DNA of 64,000 nt from Candidatus Dojkabacteria bacterium (GTDB lineage: Bacteria > Patescibacteriota > Dojkabacteria > GCA-002793355), in NCBI GenBank assembly GCA_030583685.1, contig CP129470.1, positions 810,754 through 874,753 on the forward strand. Reading direction: 5' to 3'. The position numbers were made by a program, and so were the translations under genes. The notes beneath the pieces were generated by a model. That model was not told the origin of the DNA. It saw only the letters and a list, made by a program, of their open reading frames with translations, and did not search any database. The stretch's first letter is position 1, and every line of letters begins with the position of its first letter. Of the stretch, positions 16,567 to 25,894 are shown piece after piece.

Positions 16567-17136
16567 ATGGAAAAGAATGAATTTCAGTATCGCTTTACGG
16601 TAAAAAAGAAATTTTTTACCCTGCTTGGTAAAGAGTTTTCGATTATCGCTTCTGAAGGGAATCTTGTTGCCTATGCAAGACAAAAAGCATTCAAACTACG
16701 TGAGGAAATTACGTTTTACACGGACAAGACAATGAAAACACCCTTGGTTCGTATTAAGGCGCGAAATATTTTAGATTTTGGAGCAACGTTCGATGTTATT
16801 GATACTACAACAGAGGAGCAGTTAGGATCATGGAGGAGAATGGGAATTCGATCACTTTTTCGGGATGAATGGCGTGCAATGACGCCGAGTGGTCAAGAAT
16901 ATGCAGTTTTGCAGGAAGATTCAATGATTGCAGCATTATTCCGACGTTTTTTTATTCCTCTTGTTCCACAAACCTTTCATTTGAAGAGTGAGGAGAAAGA
17001 GATTGGTGCGTTCATTCAAAAATTCGATATTTTCCGCTACATACTTTCGGTTGATGTCGATACCACTGAAATATCCGAAAAAATGGCATGGGCAGGAGCT
17101 ATTCTGCTTGCAACAATAGATGGTAGACAGGAGTAA
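16567..17136 (+). CDS. LURP-one-related (DUF567, tubby C-terminal-like fold) protein
   Basis: YRFTVKKKFFTLLGKEFSII..GNLVAYARQKAFKLREEITFYTD..PLVRIKARNILDF, the pattern typical of LOR/LURP1 family proteins. Confidence 0.45.
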   Translation: MEKNEFQYRFTVKKKFFTLLGKEFSIIASEGNLVAYARQKAFKLREEITFYTDKTMKTPLVRIKARNILDFGATFDVIDTTTEEQLGSWRRMGIRSLFRDEWRAMTPSGQEYAVLQEDSMIAALFRRFFIPLVPQTFHLKSEEKEIGAFIQKFDIFRYILSVDVDTTEISEKMAWAGAILLATIDGRQE

Positions 17137-17536
17137 TGCGATGACACTGAGAATTCCGAAATGGATTGTGACACCACTGCTTGCAATTCTTATTGGTGGT
17201 TATGCAATTTATCAATTTGGTCGTGACGCCACAGTTCAGGAGGGTGTTAACAGTAATTCGCGCATTGCAGCAACGGTATTTGTTAAATCTGGCTACTTAC
17301 CTCGACTTGTAGAACTTCCTGCGGATGTCGAGAATGTTATCAGGTTTCAAACCAAAAATACGTATGATTGTAGTGCATCGTTAGTAATTCCTCGTTTAGG
17401 GATTGAGCGACTATTGCCACCAAACGGTACGGTCGATATTTCTGTCCCCCCACAACCAGCAGGGACAGAAGTAACTGCTGGGTGTTCGATGGGGATGTAC
17501 AGTTTTGTGATACGATTTACAGATGAAACAAACTAA
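17120..17536 (+). CDS. small membrane-anchored/secreted protein, possible metal-binding (cupredoxin-like?)
   Basis: N-terminal TM helix (IVTPLLAILIGGYAIY); C-terminal GCSMGMYSFVIRF. Sits directly upstream of the HMA-domain membrane protein. Confidence 0.35.
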   Translation: MVDRSNAMTLRIPKWIVTPLLAILIGGYAIYQFGRDATVQEGVNSNSRIAATVFVKSGYLPRLVELPADVENVIRFQTKNTYDCSASLVIPRLGIERLLPPNGTVDISVPPQPAGTEVTAGCSMGMYSFVIRFTDETN

Positions 17537-18536
17537 CCATAAAATTTGCGAGCTTTCAATTGAAGGAATGCACTGTGAGTCCTGTGAACTTTTTCTTGAA
17601 GAAATGGTTAATCGACAAAAGGGCGTGGTGGGTGTTGCCACCAATGCAGCCAAACAACAGGTAATTGTGACACTTACTGAAGACGTCAAGCTTGTCGATT
17701 TTCGTTCAACGTTACAGAAATTGATTGAACCTCAAGGGTATTCGATTCGCTCAGAAATTGCCAAAGAAAAGCCGAATTTGAGCAAGATAGTGAGTGCGGG
17801 GCTTCTTGCGCTGGTCGTTTTTGTGGGATATATCTACCTCCAACGGTTGGAGTTATTTCAGGGAGTAGCAACGGATGCGTTGACCTATCCAGCGATATTC
17901 CTTATTGGAGTCTTAGCGTCGATTTCGACCTGCATGGCAGTCGTCGGTGGCGTTGTTCTTTCGCTGTCGGCCCGACTAGGAAGTCAAAATAAGCAGAAAG
18001 GTATCGTCCTTTTTCATGTTGCTAGACTACTCGGCTTTATTCTGCTTGGAGCGGTTACCGGGTATATTGGAAAAGCGCTCATAATTTCTGCAACTGTTTC
18101 GGTTGTGTTACGAATACTCGTTGCCCTTGCTATGATTGGAGTAGGGGCTGAGTTACTTGGTATAAAACTCTTTCGCGTGGTACTTCCAAAAGGTATTAGT
18201 CGCGCATTGGGTACATTTTCAGATAAAGAAGGGTTAAGCGGTGCTGCGACGTTGGGGGTGGTTACGTATTTTCTACCCTGCGGCTTTACGCAATCAATAC
18301 AGTTATATGCACTTTCTACCGCAAGTGCACTTACAGGAGCATTGGTTATGGGGGTATTTGCTTTGGGAACCTTGCCTGTCCTTGGGGTATTGAGTGTTGG
18401 TGCAGTAAGCAGTTTGAAAGCAAATAATTTCTCGTTATTCTCCTATTTTATGGGAGCCTTGCTCGTCATTTTTGCGTTGTATAACGTATTTACAGCGTTA
18501 GCAACGCTCGGAATACACTCATTTACACTTTTTTAA
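17523..18536 (+). CDS. heavy-metal-associated (HMA) domain fused to a polytopic membrane permease-like domain
   Basis: GMHCESC metal-binding motif in a ferredoxin-like HMA fold, then more than 6 TM helices with intramembrane cysteines (ISTCMAVVGG, YFLPCGFTQS). Confidence 0.6.
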   Translation: MKQTNHKICELSIEGMHCESCELFLEEMVNRQKGVVGVATNAAKQQVIVTLTEDVKLVDFRSTLQKLIEPQGYSIRSEIAKEKPNLSKIVSAGLLALVVFVGYIYLQRLELFQGVATDALTYPAIFLIGVLASISTCMAVVGGVVLSLSARLGSQNKQKGIVLFHVARLLGFILLGAVTGYIGKALIISATVSVVLRILVALAMIGVGAELLGIKLFRVVLPKGISRALGTFSDKEGLSGAATLGVVTYFLPCGFTQSIQLYALSTASALTGALVMGVFALGTLPVLGVLSVGAVSSLKANNFSLFSYFMGALLVIFALYNVFTALATLGIHSFTLF

Positions 18537-18537
18537 T

Positions 18538-19038
18538 ATGAAATCAGTTGCAGTAAGGGAATCTCAGGTACAAGGGAAGGGTGTATATGCTTTGCGAGAC
18601 TTTAGTCCCGGCACTTTAGTGCTAACTATCGATGATTCTCATATCGTAACTGACGAAACACAGCTAACACCAGAACAACACGAGTTTGATCTTGATTATG
18701 TCGCAGGAAAGACAATACTGATGCAGGAACCTGAAAAGTATATCAACCACTCCTGTGATCCGAATGTGTATGTGCGAACCAGAGCGGGAGTTCGACATGT
18801 GTTTGCTTTACGAAAAATCCCTCGAGGTGACGAAATAACCTATGATTACGCGGTGAATGGTGACAATGATGGGACATTTCTCTGTCATTGTGGGGCCAAC
18901 ATCTGTCGGGGAATATACCAAGGAAATTTTTTTCTTTTACCTCGTGAACGGCAACGGTACTATCTGCCGTATCTCGACGGTTGGTTTGTCGAAAAGTATC
19001 GCGATATCCTTACGAAACTTTCTGAAGCGTCACCGTAG
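18538..19038 (+). CDS. SET-domain protein (putative lysine methyltransferase)
   Basis: INHSCDPNVY (NHSC), RGDEITYDY, and a post-SET-like CHCGANICRG. Confidence 0.75.
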   Translation: MKSVAVRESQVQGKGVYALRDFSPGTLVLTIDDSHIVTDETQLTPEQHEFDLDYVAGKTILMQEPEKYINHSCDPNVYVRTRAGVRHVFALRKIPRGDEITYDYAVNGDNDGTFLCHCGANICRGIYQGNFFLLPRERQRYYLPYLDGWFVEKYRDILTKLSEASP

Positions 19039-20665
19039 GTTTTTCCTTTTGTGCTCTGAATTCTGCTGAAATCGGAAGTTTTTGCTCGTGATAGCCATAT
19101 TTCTGGATAACCAGAGCTTTCGCAGAATGAGGTACCTTTCCATGAAGTTTCCCAGATATTCCTCCGCGAACGGTGATGCGAGAACCAGTGTCAAGAAGGA
19201 GATATCCTTTTGGAAAGCGTACAGCCTTGCCTCCAGAGGTTTGCACTTGAGCAATGGTTGGTTGTGTGGAGAGTAACCCAAAATAAATCAATGTGAGAGC
19301 GCCGAGTGACGGAAGAATATAGTATGTAAGTGGTTGTAACACCGTTTCATAAAACTGTTCGAGCATCGTTTTTGGTGCCGTTGGCCGAGAAGGCAACCCT
19401 GGGAGTTGGAGTACAATTTGTTCGATGCGAGTATTTCCTTCTAAATCTGAGATCTTTGCATATCCTGCAACTAAATTATGCTCAAACTGCAGGAGAAGTG
19501 ATTCAGGAAGGGTAATTGTAAAGACATAATTATTTTTGTTCCCGGTAACCGTGATGAGTTCTGGCGTACTCGCTAACGTAAAGGTTAATTTTCCAAGCGA
19601 AAGGACGAATGATTCTGGCGATAATCCGGATTGATCGGTTGCAACGATGACTATTTTGTTGTCGCTTCGGAGTTGTAAGGTTGTACCCGAGGTGATTTCG
19701 ATGACGGGACTGGTATTATCTGGCGGGGCGACAGGTGGTACAGAAGGACATGATCCAGGGACTGAAACTTGAGTAACGGGACAGGAGAGGTTTGCGTTTA
19801 CCACAATATTTGAGTTCCTTTTATTCCCCGCGTTATCTGTTGCCGATACAGAAATGACACTGAGGGTGTTTGTAGGAAATGGGGCTGCTGGAAGGACAGT
19901 AAATTGATAATTCCCAGGCGTTCCGGTATATGTTACTTCAGGACTTGTTGATGTGTAAACGGTGCCATTGATAACGATCGTGACAGAAGGAAGTGAAATC
20001 CCTGAGCCAGAATCCGAAACGGTGACGACCACAGGTGCGGTTGGAGAGACATTGTTTGCAAGGTTTTTTGGTGAATCAAATGTAATTGCCGGAGGTGTTG
20101 TATCTGCTTCACAGCCTCCTGCACTGAAAGTATAGGAGGCATTCGTCACACCAGAAAGCATGTCATACGAGGTCGTCGCATCCGCAATATTTGAATCGAG
20201 CGTGTTATATGGATTTGCCCCTGTAAAGAGAAAGGAGAATCCTCCATTTGCTGCGAGTGGTTTTGATTTAAAGAGTATTGTCGCGAAAACTGCTTCTCCG
20301 GTGAGGGTCTCATTTCCTGAATAACCGACGAGTTTTATCTCTCCTGTTGTGGTATTGACGGAATTTCCGGAATAACTTTCAAAGGCATTGCCGGGGAGGA
20401 TTTGTGTTCCCGGCACTCCTGGGAGAGCGTCAATAATATCTATTTTTGTTGTGTCGTAGGTAAGAATGATATCTGCAGCGTTACTTTCTCCACTGGTTAC
20501 GTCAATCATGATTGCAACACTTTGTTGACACGCGCGAATGAAATTTCCTGCAGTTGGATCTAAACGAAAAGTTCCATTTGCGGAAACGGGTTGAATGGAG
20601 AAGAGCGACCAGACGAGTACGGCAAGAATACCGATTTTTGTAAAGATTGTTGTGTTATTTGTCAT
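19010..20665 (-). CDS. secreted surface protein with cohesin-like and Ig-like (Big) domains
   Basis: Signal peptide MTNNTTIFTKIGILAVLVWSLFSIQPVSA. Cohesin-like segment ..ADIILTYDTTKIDIIDALPG.. . Ig-like repeats (VVVTVSDSGSGISLPSVTIVINGTVYT..). Confidence 0.5.
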   Translation of the reverse strand: MTNNTTIFTKIGILAVLVWSLFSIQPVSANGTFRLDPTAGNFIRACQQSVAIMIDVTSGESNAADIILTYDTTKIDIIDALPGVPGTQILPGNAFESYSGNSVNTTTGEIKLVGYSGNETLTGEAVFATILFKSKPLAANGGFSFLFTGANPYNTLDSNIADATTSYDMLSGVTNASYTFSAGGCEADTTPPAITFDSPKNLANNVSPTAPVVVTVSDSGSGISLPSVTIVINGTVYTSTSPEVTYTGTPGNYQFTVLPAAPFPTNTLSVISVSATDNAGNKRNSNIVVNANLSCPVTQVSVPGSCPSVPPVAPPDNTSPVIEITSGTTLQLRSDNKIVIVATDQSGLSPESFVLSLGKLTFTLASTPELITVTGNKNNYVFTITLPESLLLQFEHNLVAGYAKISDLEGNTRIEQIVLQLPGLPSRPTAPKTMLEQFYETVLQPLTYYILPSLGALTLIYFGLLSTQPTIAQVQTSGGKAVRFPKGYLLLDTGSRITVRGGISGKLHGKVPHSAKALVIQKYGYHEQKLPISAEFRAQKEKPTVTLQKVS

Positions 20666-21291
20666 TATTGATCTCCGTAACTATGTAAGTTTCTCAGCAG
20701 TGCTGAGTAATCGAGTGAGTTCACGATTCCGTCATTGGTTAGATCTGCTCGTGCGTCTGCAGAGTATACCGTCATATGCAAATAGGAGATATCCATACCA
20801 TTGACGTAGTTATCAGCGGTTGGATGTGCATCTCCCGCAGGAAGTTGGGGCAATAATAATGCATAGTTACGAATAACCGGTCCATCAAGATTTTGATTTT
20901 CAAAAACTTTGCGTAAATGTGATCTTCCTTTAATCGCGACATCATAGGTTCCAGGAGGAACGGTTACAGCGGAGATTGTCCCTAACGCTGCACTTCCGAG
21001 AGAGTCGGCAGTTGCGGTAATGGTGACCACAGGGAGGGTCTCTCCTGGCTGTCTAATTTCGACCTGTAAGGGTAAGTCATCGTTACCGATGGGGGGAATT
21101 CGGCTTTCCGGTTTGATTTGCACCGTGAGAATATGTGGGACATCCCCAGTTACGGTGACAATAGCAGAGTCTGTGAGTGAGAGTACCTGCCCTTTTATTT
21201 CGTCAAAATATACTATGATTGCTAGCCCAAGAAGACTGACAAGAACAATGAAAAGCAGGAGAATTTTTTGTAATCGAGTCAGGGCAGTCAT
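20665..21291 (-). CDS. membrane-anchored protein with a C-terminal dockerin-like double repeat
   Basis: N-terminal TM. Two Ca-loop-like repeats: ADNYVNGMDISYL and DLTNDGIVNSLDYSALLRNL (DxNxDGxVNxxD). Translationally coupled to both neighbours (overlapping stop/start). Confidence 0.5.
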   Translation of the reverse strand: MTALTRLQKILLLFIVLVSLLGLAIIVYFDEIKGQVLSLTDSAIVTVTGDVPHILTVQIKPESRIPPIGNDDLPLQVEIRQPGETLPVVTITATADSLGSAALGTISAVTVPPGTYDVAIKGRSHLRKVFENQNLDGPVIRNYALLLPQLPAGDAHPTADNYVNGMDISYLHMTVYSADARADLTNDGIVNSLDYSALLRNLHSYGDQ

Positions 21292-22157
21292 CCTGTCTCA
21301 TCATATCGTTTTTGGTGTTTTTGCGCAATGCGAAGGAATGTGACGACCCGAGAAGAAGCAATATAGGTCATGATCATGAGTGCTGAGAGAAGTGTGATAA
21401 ATATCCTTCTGGTGTTTTGTGCTGCCGCCTGTGCAAGATTTCCTGAAGAATCAGGAAGTCGAGACGGAAATGTGGATTTTGCATACGCAATGTAAGCGGG
21501 TGTTGTTTTTGTAGTATTTCCTGCAGCATCAGCAAACTCAAAATGAACCTCGTTATTGCCAGGGGATAAAGGGATTTTAAGTGAAAATGAAGCTGACGTC
21601 GAAATTTCTGCTTTTTCGACCGCGGTGTTGTTAACAAATGCCGTTACTATCGCATCTTCTTCCGTTGTTCCGGTGACAACAATGCTTGACACTTTGGTTT
21701 GTTTTGGCAACGAGGAAAGGGTGACAACCGGAGGTGTTCTGTCAACAATGGTTGACACTTCATTGCTCCAGTCACTCACAAATGCTTTAAAGAGAATGTT
21801 CTTTCTTGCAATCGCATGAAACGTGGTTTCTTCTTCTCTCGCAGGGGAAATGGTAAGCACAAAAAATCCTTTGGCATCGGCCGTTGTTTGGTAGCTTCGG
21901 TTGCTGGAAGAAACCTCAACTGCTGCATGTGCTGGTGCCGTTCCAGAGATAACGAGAGATTCATTGGTCGTGTAGCGTGGGAGTTCCTGCAAGTACGGTG
22001 CCGGAAGAGAATAGTTTGCAAAAAATGAATAGGCAACTGTCCCGAGAATAGCGAGAAACGTAACAATAGACAAAACGAGAAAAACCATGAGGACACTTTG
22101 TGGAAGTGTTTCAGAAGTATGATTTGTTGGAGGGGCAGCGTCTGGTAATGTTGCCAT
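21288..22157 (-). CDS. membrane/surface protein with Ig-like domains
   Basis: N-terminal TM anchor, beta-rich repeats, and a C-terminal hydrophobic segment plus basic tail (..RLPDSSGNLAQAAAQNTRRIFITLLSALMIMTYIASSR..). Start chosen at ATG 22157; the longer start at 22229 overlaps the sortase gene. Confidence 0.4.
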   Translation of the reverse strand: MATLPDAAPPTNHTSETLPQSVLMVFLVLSIVTFLAILGTVAYSFFANYSLPAPYLQELPRYTTNESLVISGTAPAHAAVEVSSSNRSYQTTADAKGFFVLTISPAREEETTFHAIARKNILFKAFVSDWSNEVSTIVDRTPPVVTLSSLPKQTKVSSIVVTGTTEEDAIVTAFVNNTAVEKAEISTSASFSLKIPLSPGNNEVHFEFADAAGNTTKTTPAYIAYAKSTFPSRLPDSSGNLAQAAAQNTRRIFITLLSALMIMTYIASSRVVTFLRIAQKHQKRYDETG

Positions 22158-22188
22158 AGCTAAGTAATAGTATAATAAACTAGGATAT

Positions 22189-22833
22189 ATGACAACTCCA
22201 ACAGAAATATTTTTTCGCAGGGTCAGCATCGTGCTACTTGCAATTGCTGTCTCTTTCGTGCTTCATGGTGAGTTACGCATGTATCAGCGAGTCACCATTC
22301 AGGAACTGGCTCTCCCGTCAGGAGATGAACAAAGGCCTCACCTCGTTGTAATGGAGATTGACCAAGCCGTCGCTACTTCTGCGCCCTATCCCTCGTCAAG
22401 GGAACAGGTGTTCTTAGAAATACCAAGTGTGTCGATTAAGGGAAGAGTCTATTTTTCGCATACTGAACGTATTCTCGATACAGGCTTTTGGAACTATTTG
22501 GGAACAAACCCTTGGGAAGATTCTGGGAATACCGTTATTATTGGACACCGATTTGCAGTTCTTCCGCCGAATCCCCAAACTTTTTACCACCTAGACCAGG
22601 TCAAGCAGGGCAGTGAAATCATCTTGACTGATGCTCGTGGGGTTCTTCGATATCAAGTACGTTCGAAACAGATTGTAATGGTTGATGACGTGTCAGTGCT
22701 CGCACAGACCGAAGTTCCCCAAATAACAGTAATAACGTGTCACCCTTTATGGACTTCTCGAGAGCGGCTCGTTATAATTGCCGATAGAAAAGAAGTGAAG
22801 TACTATGAAGCACCAAGTCATGAAGAACAATAA
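22189..22833 (+). CDS. sortase-family transpeptidase
   Basis: N-terminal TM, catalytic His (VIIGHRF), and the TLxTC Cys motif (QITVITCHP). TATAAT at 22171-22176 sits 12 nt upstream of the ATG. Confidence 0.7.
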   Translation: MTTPTEIFFRRVSIVLLAIAVSFVLHGELRMYQRVTIQELALPSGDEQRPHLVVMEIDQAVATSAPYPSSREQVFLEIPSVSIKGRVYFSHTERILDTGFWNYLGTNPWEDSGNTVIIGHRFAVLPPNPQTFYHLDQVKQGSEIILTDARGVLRYQVRSKQIVMVDDVSVLAQTEVPQITVITCHPLWTSRERLVIIADRKEVKYYEAPSHEEQ

Positions 22834-23917
22834 TACAGCAATTACCTACAACTACCAAAGTATTGAGCGTAAAACAAGAAATACCGCACTTCGATACCTT
22901 TTTGGAAAACTCGGGGTACAATTTCTGAAAAGCATTTTCCAATTTATTCCAGGAATAGATAATTCAATATACAAAAAAGGAGCGTCAGATACCTTGTTTG
23001 TTGAGATAGTTCCCTCTTTTCTTGGCATGTTTACCAAACATTGGGAGATAAAAATGAAAACAGTAACCAGATTTCTTTCGCTGGGGGTATCGGTGCGATC
23101 CATGCACGCGCCGTGGATTGATGATGGAAAAATTTACCAAACTGCGCGAAAATCCTATCTCGAAAATGTCCTTGACCTGACTGAAAACGTTTCTGCTACC
23201 TGGAATTGTCTCTTTTCTCACGTTCAGTTGTATTCTGTACTCGCCCCAAAGGAGCAAGAGAAGGTTCTTATCGTACATCCTTTACCTGCAAAGCCGGGAA
23301 AGACAGAAAAAGAGATGATACAAACAATCAGTGCTGTCGTAAAGAAAACATTGCCTGTTTTGCAAGGCGAAAATGTGAGACTTGTCGTTGAGAATATGCC
23401 TTGGCTGAAAAAACATCATGAGGAATACACCGCATTTTTGGGAGATGCGTTATTTTTTGATCGATTAATGAATGAAGTTAACAGCCCTTTTTATGGTGTT
23501 TTGTTTGACTGGGGGCATGCAAACTCGTTTAGTCGATTTATGACGATGAGAGAAATCAAACATCGTGAGCATTTCTTCTCCGAAGAAGCACTCTCACAGT
23601 TTGAATATCAGAATTACTTTATTAAACGACTGACCGAGAAGATTTTTTACGGTCATCTGAGTTTTAACGAGGCCCACGTGAAAACTGCGAAGGCGCCATT
23701 TTATGCAAAAAATTACGATTCTCACTATGATCTTACCTGGTTGCAGGAGGATGAATATCTATTTTACCGTAAAAATGTACTCGCCTTGGCACACTGTCCT
23801 TCTCTGGTCGGGATGACCATTGAATCGATACCTTCCTATGTCAGTCGGCGAAAGAGAATTCAGCGATATCGAGATAGTGTCGAAATTCTCAATTCTATGC
23901 TACAATCCGGAAGTTAA
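22805..23917 (+). CDS. hypothetical protein, possibly xylose-isomerase-like TIM-barrel (sugar-phosphate isomerase/epimerase family)
   Basis: LVVENMPW, FDWGHANSF and LSFNEAH are spaced like the metal ligands of AP-endonuclease-2/xylose-isomerase-like barrels. Weak. Confidence 0.3.
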   Translation: MKHQVMKNNNTAITYNYQSIERKTRNTALRYLFGKLGVQFLKSIFQFIPGIDNSIYKKGASDTLFVEIVPSFLGMFTKHWEIKMKTVTRFLSLGVSVRSMHAPWIDDGKIYQTARKSYLENVLDLTENVSATWNCLFSHVQLYSVLAPKEQEKVLIVHPLPAKPGKTEKEMIQTISAVVKKTLPVLQGENVRLVVENMPWLKKHHEEYTAFLGDALFFDRLMNEVNSPFYGVLFDWGHANSFSRFMTMREIKHREHFFSEEALSQFEYQNYFIKRLTEKIFYGHLSFNEAHVKTAKAPFYAKNYDSHYDLTWLQEDEYLFYRKNVLALAHCPSLVGMTIESIPSYVSRRKRIQRYRDSVEILNSMLQSGS

Positions 23918-23932
23918 ATTCTTCGACTCAGT

Positions 23933-25108
23933 ATGGCACAACTCTTAGAACCAGGGGCACAAAAGCTTGTCGGTGCAAAGAAAATTGTATCGCAGGAAGG
24001 AAGCCAATATATTTATGAAATTACCGTGAACGGTGCGGTCCAGAAAGATGCATATGAGAAGATCTTTGCTGCAAAGAGCAAGGAGATTCAGATTAAAGGC
24101 TTTCGAAAGGGAGAAGCGCCGAGAAATCTTGTTGAACAACAAATTTACCAAGAGGTGATTAAGGATCTGACTAACCTTTTAGTCAATTACTCTGTAGAAG
24201 AACTGTTGGCGGACGAAGGAATTATTGCGACCTCATCACCTGAAGTCGAGAGCGTCACCTTTACTATGGTTGAAAGTCCTTTAGTCTATCGTTTGAAGAT
24301 TGACAAATTACCAGACTATACCTTAGTTGACACGCGAAACTATACGGTGAAACTCGAAAAGTCAGAGGTATCCACAGAGGATATTGAGACAGCAAAGAAG
24401 AACCTGTGGGAAGAATGGGTCAAGAAAGCAAGTGAGGAAGATAAAAAGACATACGAAGCACTTTCAGATGTCTGGGTAAAAGAACAGATGAAAATTCCTA
24501 ATGTTGAAACAGTGCAGGCACTTGAAGGATTGTTACGTGAGGAATTAGAACATGCGAAATTACACCAGGAAGAAGATCGATTAGTCAATGAAGCGTTAGC
24601 AAAAGTGATCGCGGATATGAAGATTGTGACTCCACAGAGCGTCATTGATAAGAACTTTGAGTCAACTCGTCAATCACAAGAAGCACAATTTAAGCAGTAC
24701 GGAATTACCTTTGCTGATTACTTGAAGCATTACAACAAAACTGAAGAACAAAACGAAAAAGAAATTCGCGATGCAGCTGAAAAGCGATTTAAAGAGGATG
24801 TGTTCTGGACCCTCTTTATTCGTGATCGAAAAATCAAAGTAGATCCACAGAATCCACAGGATGTCGTTTTTATCAATTACGCTGCATCTTCCTTACGCAT
24901 TAAGCCAGATGAGAAGCTGTCTCAACGACAAATTGATGTCATATTGCAAACCGCTGCAATGTACAAGGCTGTTCAGTTGTTTAAACAGGAGATTGGGTTA
25001 CAGCCACATGAAGAACCAGAGATTGCGGTTGGGAACACTGAAGCGCAACCAAAGGGCCCTTCTGAAGAAGTTCCCGTTGCCGAGGCTCCTTCTCAAGAAA
25101 GTAAGTAG
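23933..25108 (+). CDS. tig: trigger factor
   Basis: N-terminal ribosome-binding signature GFRKGEAPRNLVE. Position immediately upstream of clpP. Confidence 0.7.
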   Translation: MAQLLEPGAQKLVGAKKIVSQEGSQYIYEITVNGAVQKDAYEKIFAAKSKEIQIKGFRKGEAPRNLVEQQIYQEVIKDLTNLLVNYSVEELLADEGIIATSSPEVESVTFTMVESPLVYRLKIDKLPDYTLVDTRNYTVKLEKSEVSTEDIETAKKNLWEEWVKKASEEDKKTYEALSDVWVKEQMKIPNVETVQALEGLLREELEHAKLHQEEDRLVNEALAKVIADMKIVTPQSVIDKNFESTRQSQEAQFKQYGITFADYLKHYNKTEEQNEKEIRDAAEKRFKEDVFWTLFIRDRKIKVDPQNPQDVVFINYAASSLRIKPDEKLSQRQIDVILQTAAMYKAVQLFKQEIGLQPHEEPEIAVGNTEAQPKGPSEEVPVAEAPSQESK

Positions 25109-25113
25109 TTCTC

Positions 25114-25187
25114 GTCCCAGTAGCTCAACTGGATAGAGCAGTCCCGTCCTAAGGGAAAGGTTGTGAGTTCGACTCTCGCCTGGGACA
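25114..25187 (+). tRNA. tRNA-Arg (anticodon CCT)
   Basis: Hand fold gives acceptor GTCCCAG/CTGGGAC, D-arm GCTC-AACTGGATA-GAGC, anticodon loop GTCCTAA (one G-A mismatch at the top of the anticodon stem), and T-arm GTGAG-TTCGACT-CTCGC. Confidence 0.75.
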
Positions 25188-25270
25188 TATTGAAAACCCG
25201 AATACCAGTATGCCAACTGAGTAGTCCCATGACGCTTCACTCTGAGCTTGTGAATCTGGTATAATGAGCA

Positions 25271-25873
25271 ATGAAACATCAGGTTGCAAATATGGTTGTT
25301 CCGACCGTTTATGAAGAGGATCGAAGAGGATATCGCTCGTATTACGACATTTTTTCACGGCTTCTGAAAGATAGAATAATCTTTTTGAACGGACCCGTTA
25401 CCGATCAAATGGCGAATATAATTATTGCAGAAATGGTTTTCTTGGAGAAGGAAAATTCGAAGGAAGACATCCAGATGTATATTCAAAGTCCCGGAGGATC
25501 TGTCTCAGCTGGGCTTGCAATCTATGATGCAATGCAATATTTAAAACCAGATGTGGTTACTATCGGGATGGGATCGATTGCCTCTATGGCAGCGATATTG
25601 CTTACCGCAGGAGCTTCGGGTAAGCGTTTTATGCTTCCTCATGCCCGTGCAATGATTCATCAAGTGCGAGTGTCTGGTTTACCACGAATGACGGCTACAG
25701 AATTGATGGTGGAGAACGAGGAATTACAGAAAAACAAACAAACCCTTAATGCAATTATCTCAAAACATTCAGGGAGAGATCTCAAAAAAGTGTCTCAAGA
25801 TACAGAACTCGATAATTGGATGTCAGCAGAAGAAGCGGTGGCATATGGTTTAGTTGATAAGGTGTTGGCATAA
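25271..25873 (+). CDS. clpP: ATP-dependent Clp protease proteolytic subunit
   Basis: IQSPGGSVSAGLAIYD, GMGSIASMAA (Ser), MIHQ (His). Confidence 0.9.
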   Translation: MKHQVANMVVPTVYEEDRRGYRSYYDIFSRLLKDRIIFLNGPVTDQMANIIIAEMVFLEKENSKEDIQMYIQSPGGSVSAGLAIYDAMQYLKPDVVTIGMGSIASMAAILLTAGASGKRFMLPHARAMIHQVRVSGLPRMTATELMVENEELQKNKQTLNAIISKHSGRDLKKVSQDTELDNWMSAEEAVAYGLVDKVLA

Positions 25874-25882
25874 CGGTATAAT
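25854..25882 (+). promoter_or_regulatory. promoter for thrS (TTGATA-17-TATAAT) overlapping the clpP stop
   Basis: -35 at 25854-25859 and -10 at 25877-25882. The ATG at 25895 gives a leader of about 6 nt. Confidence 0.5.
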
Positions 25883-25894
25883 AGCCAAATCTTT

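Noticed and set aside
22158-22229. Longer start (22229) for the Ig-like membrane protein, and 15945 for rhomboid, 35092 for the small membrane ORF, 54461 for nrnA-like
   Set aside because: Each would create long overlaps with a divergently transcribed gene. Internal ATGs preceded by -10 boxes at 4-12 nt give non-overlapping, promoter-supported starts. They are retained only as alternatives.
19010-22229. Canonical LPxTG sorting signals in the surface-operon proteins
   Set aside because: Only non-canonical candidates (LPDSSG, LPSLG) were found, and the C-terminal topology is not the classic hydrophobic segment plus short basic tail. Sortase-substrate assignment is not claimed.
24998-25358. Minus-strand ORFs 24998-25279 and 25149-25358
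   Set aside because: They span the tRNA-Arg gene and the tig-clpP junction on the wrong strand.
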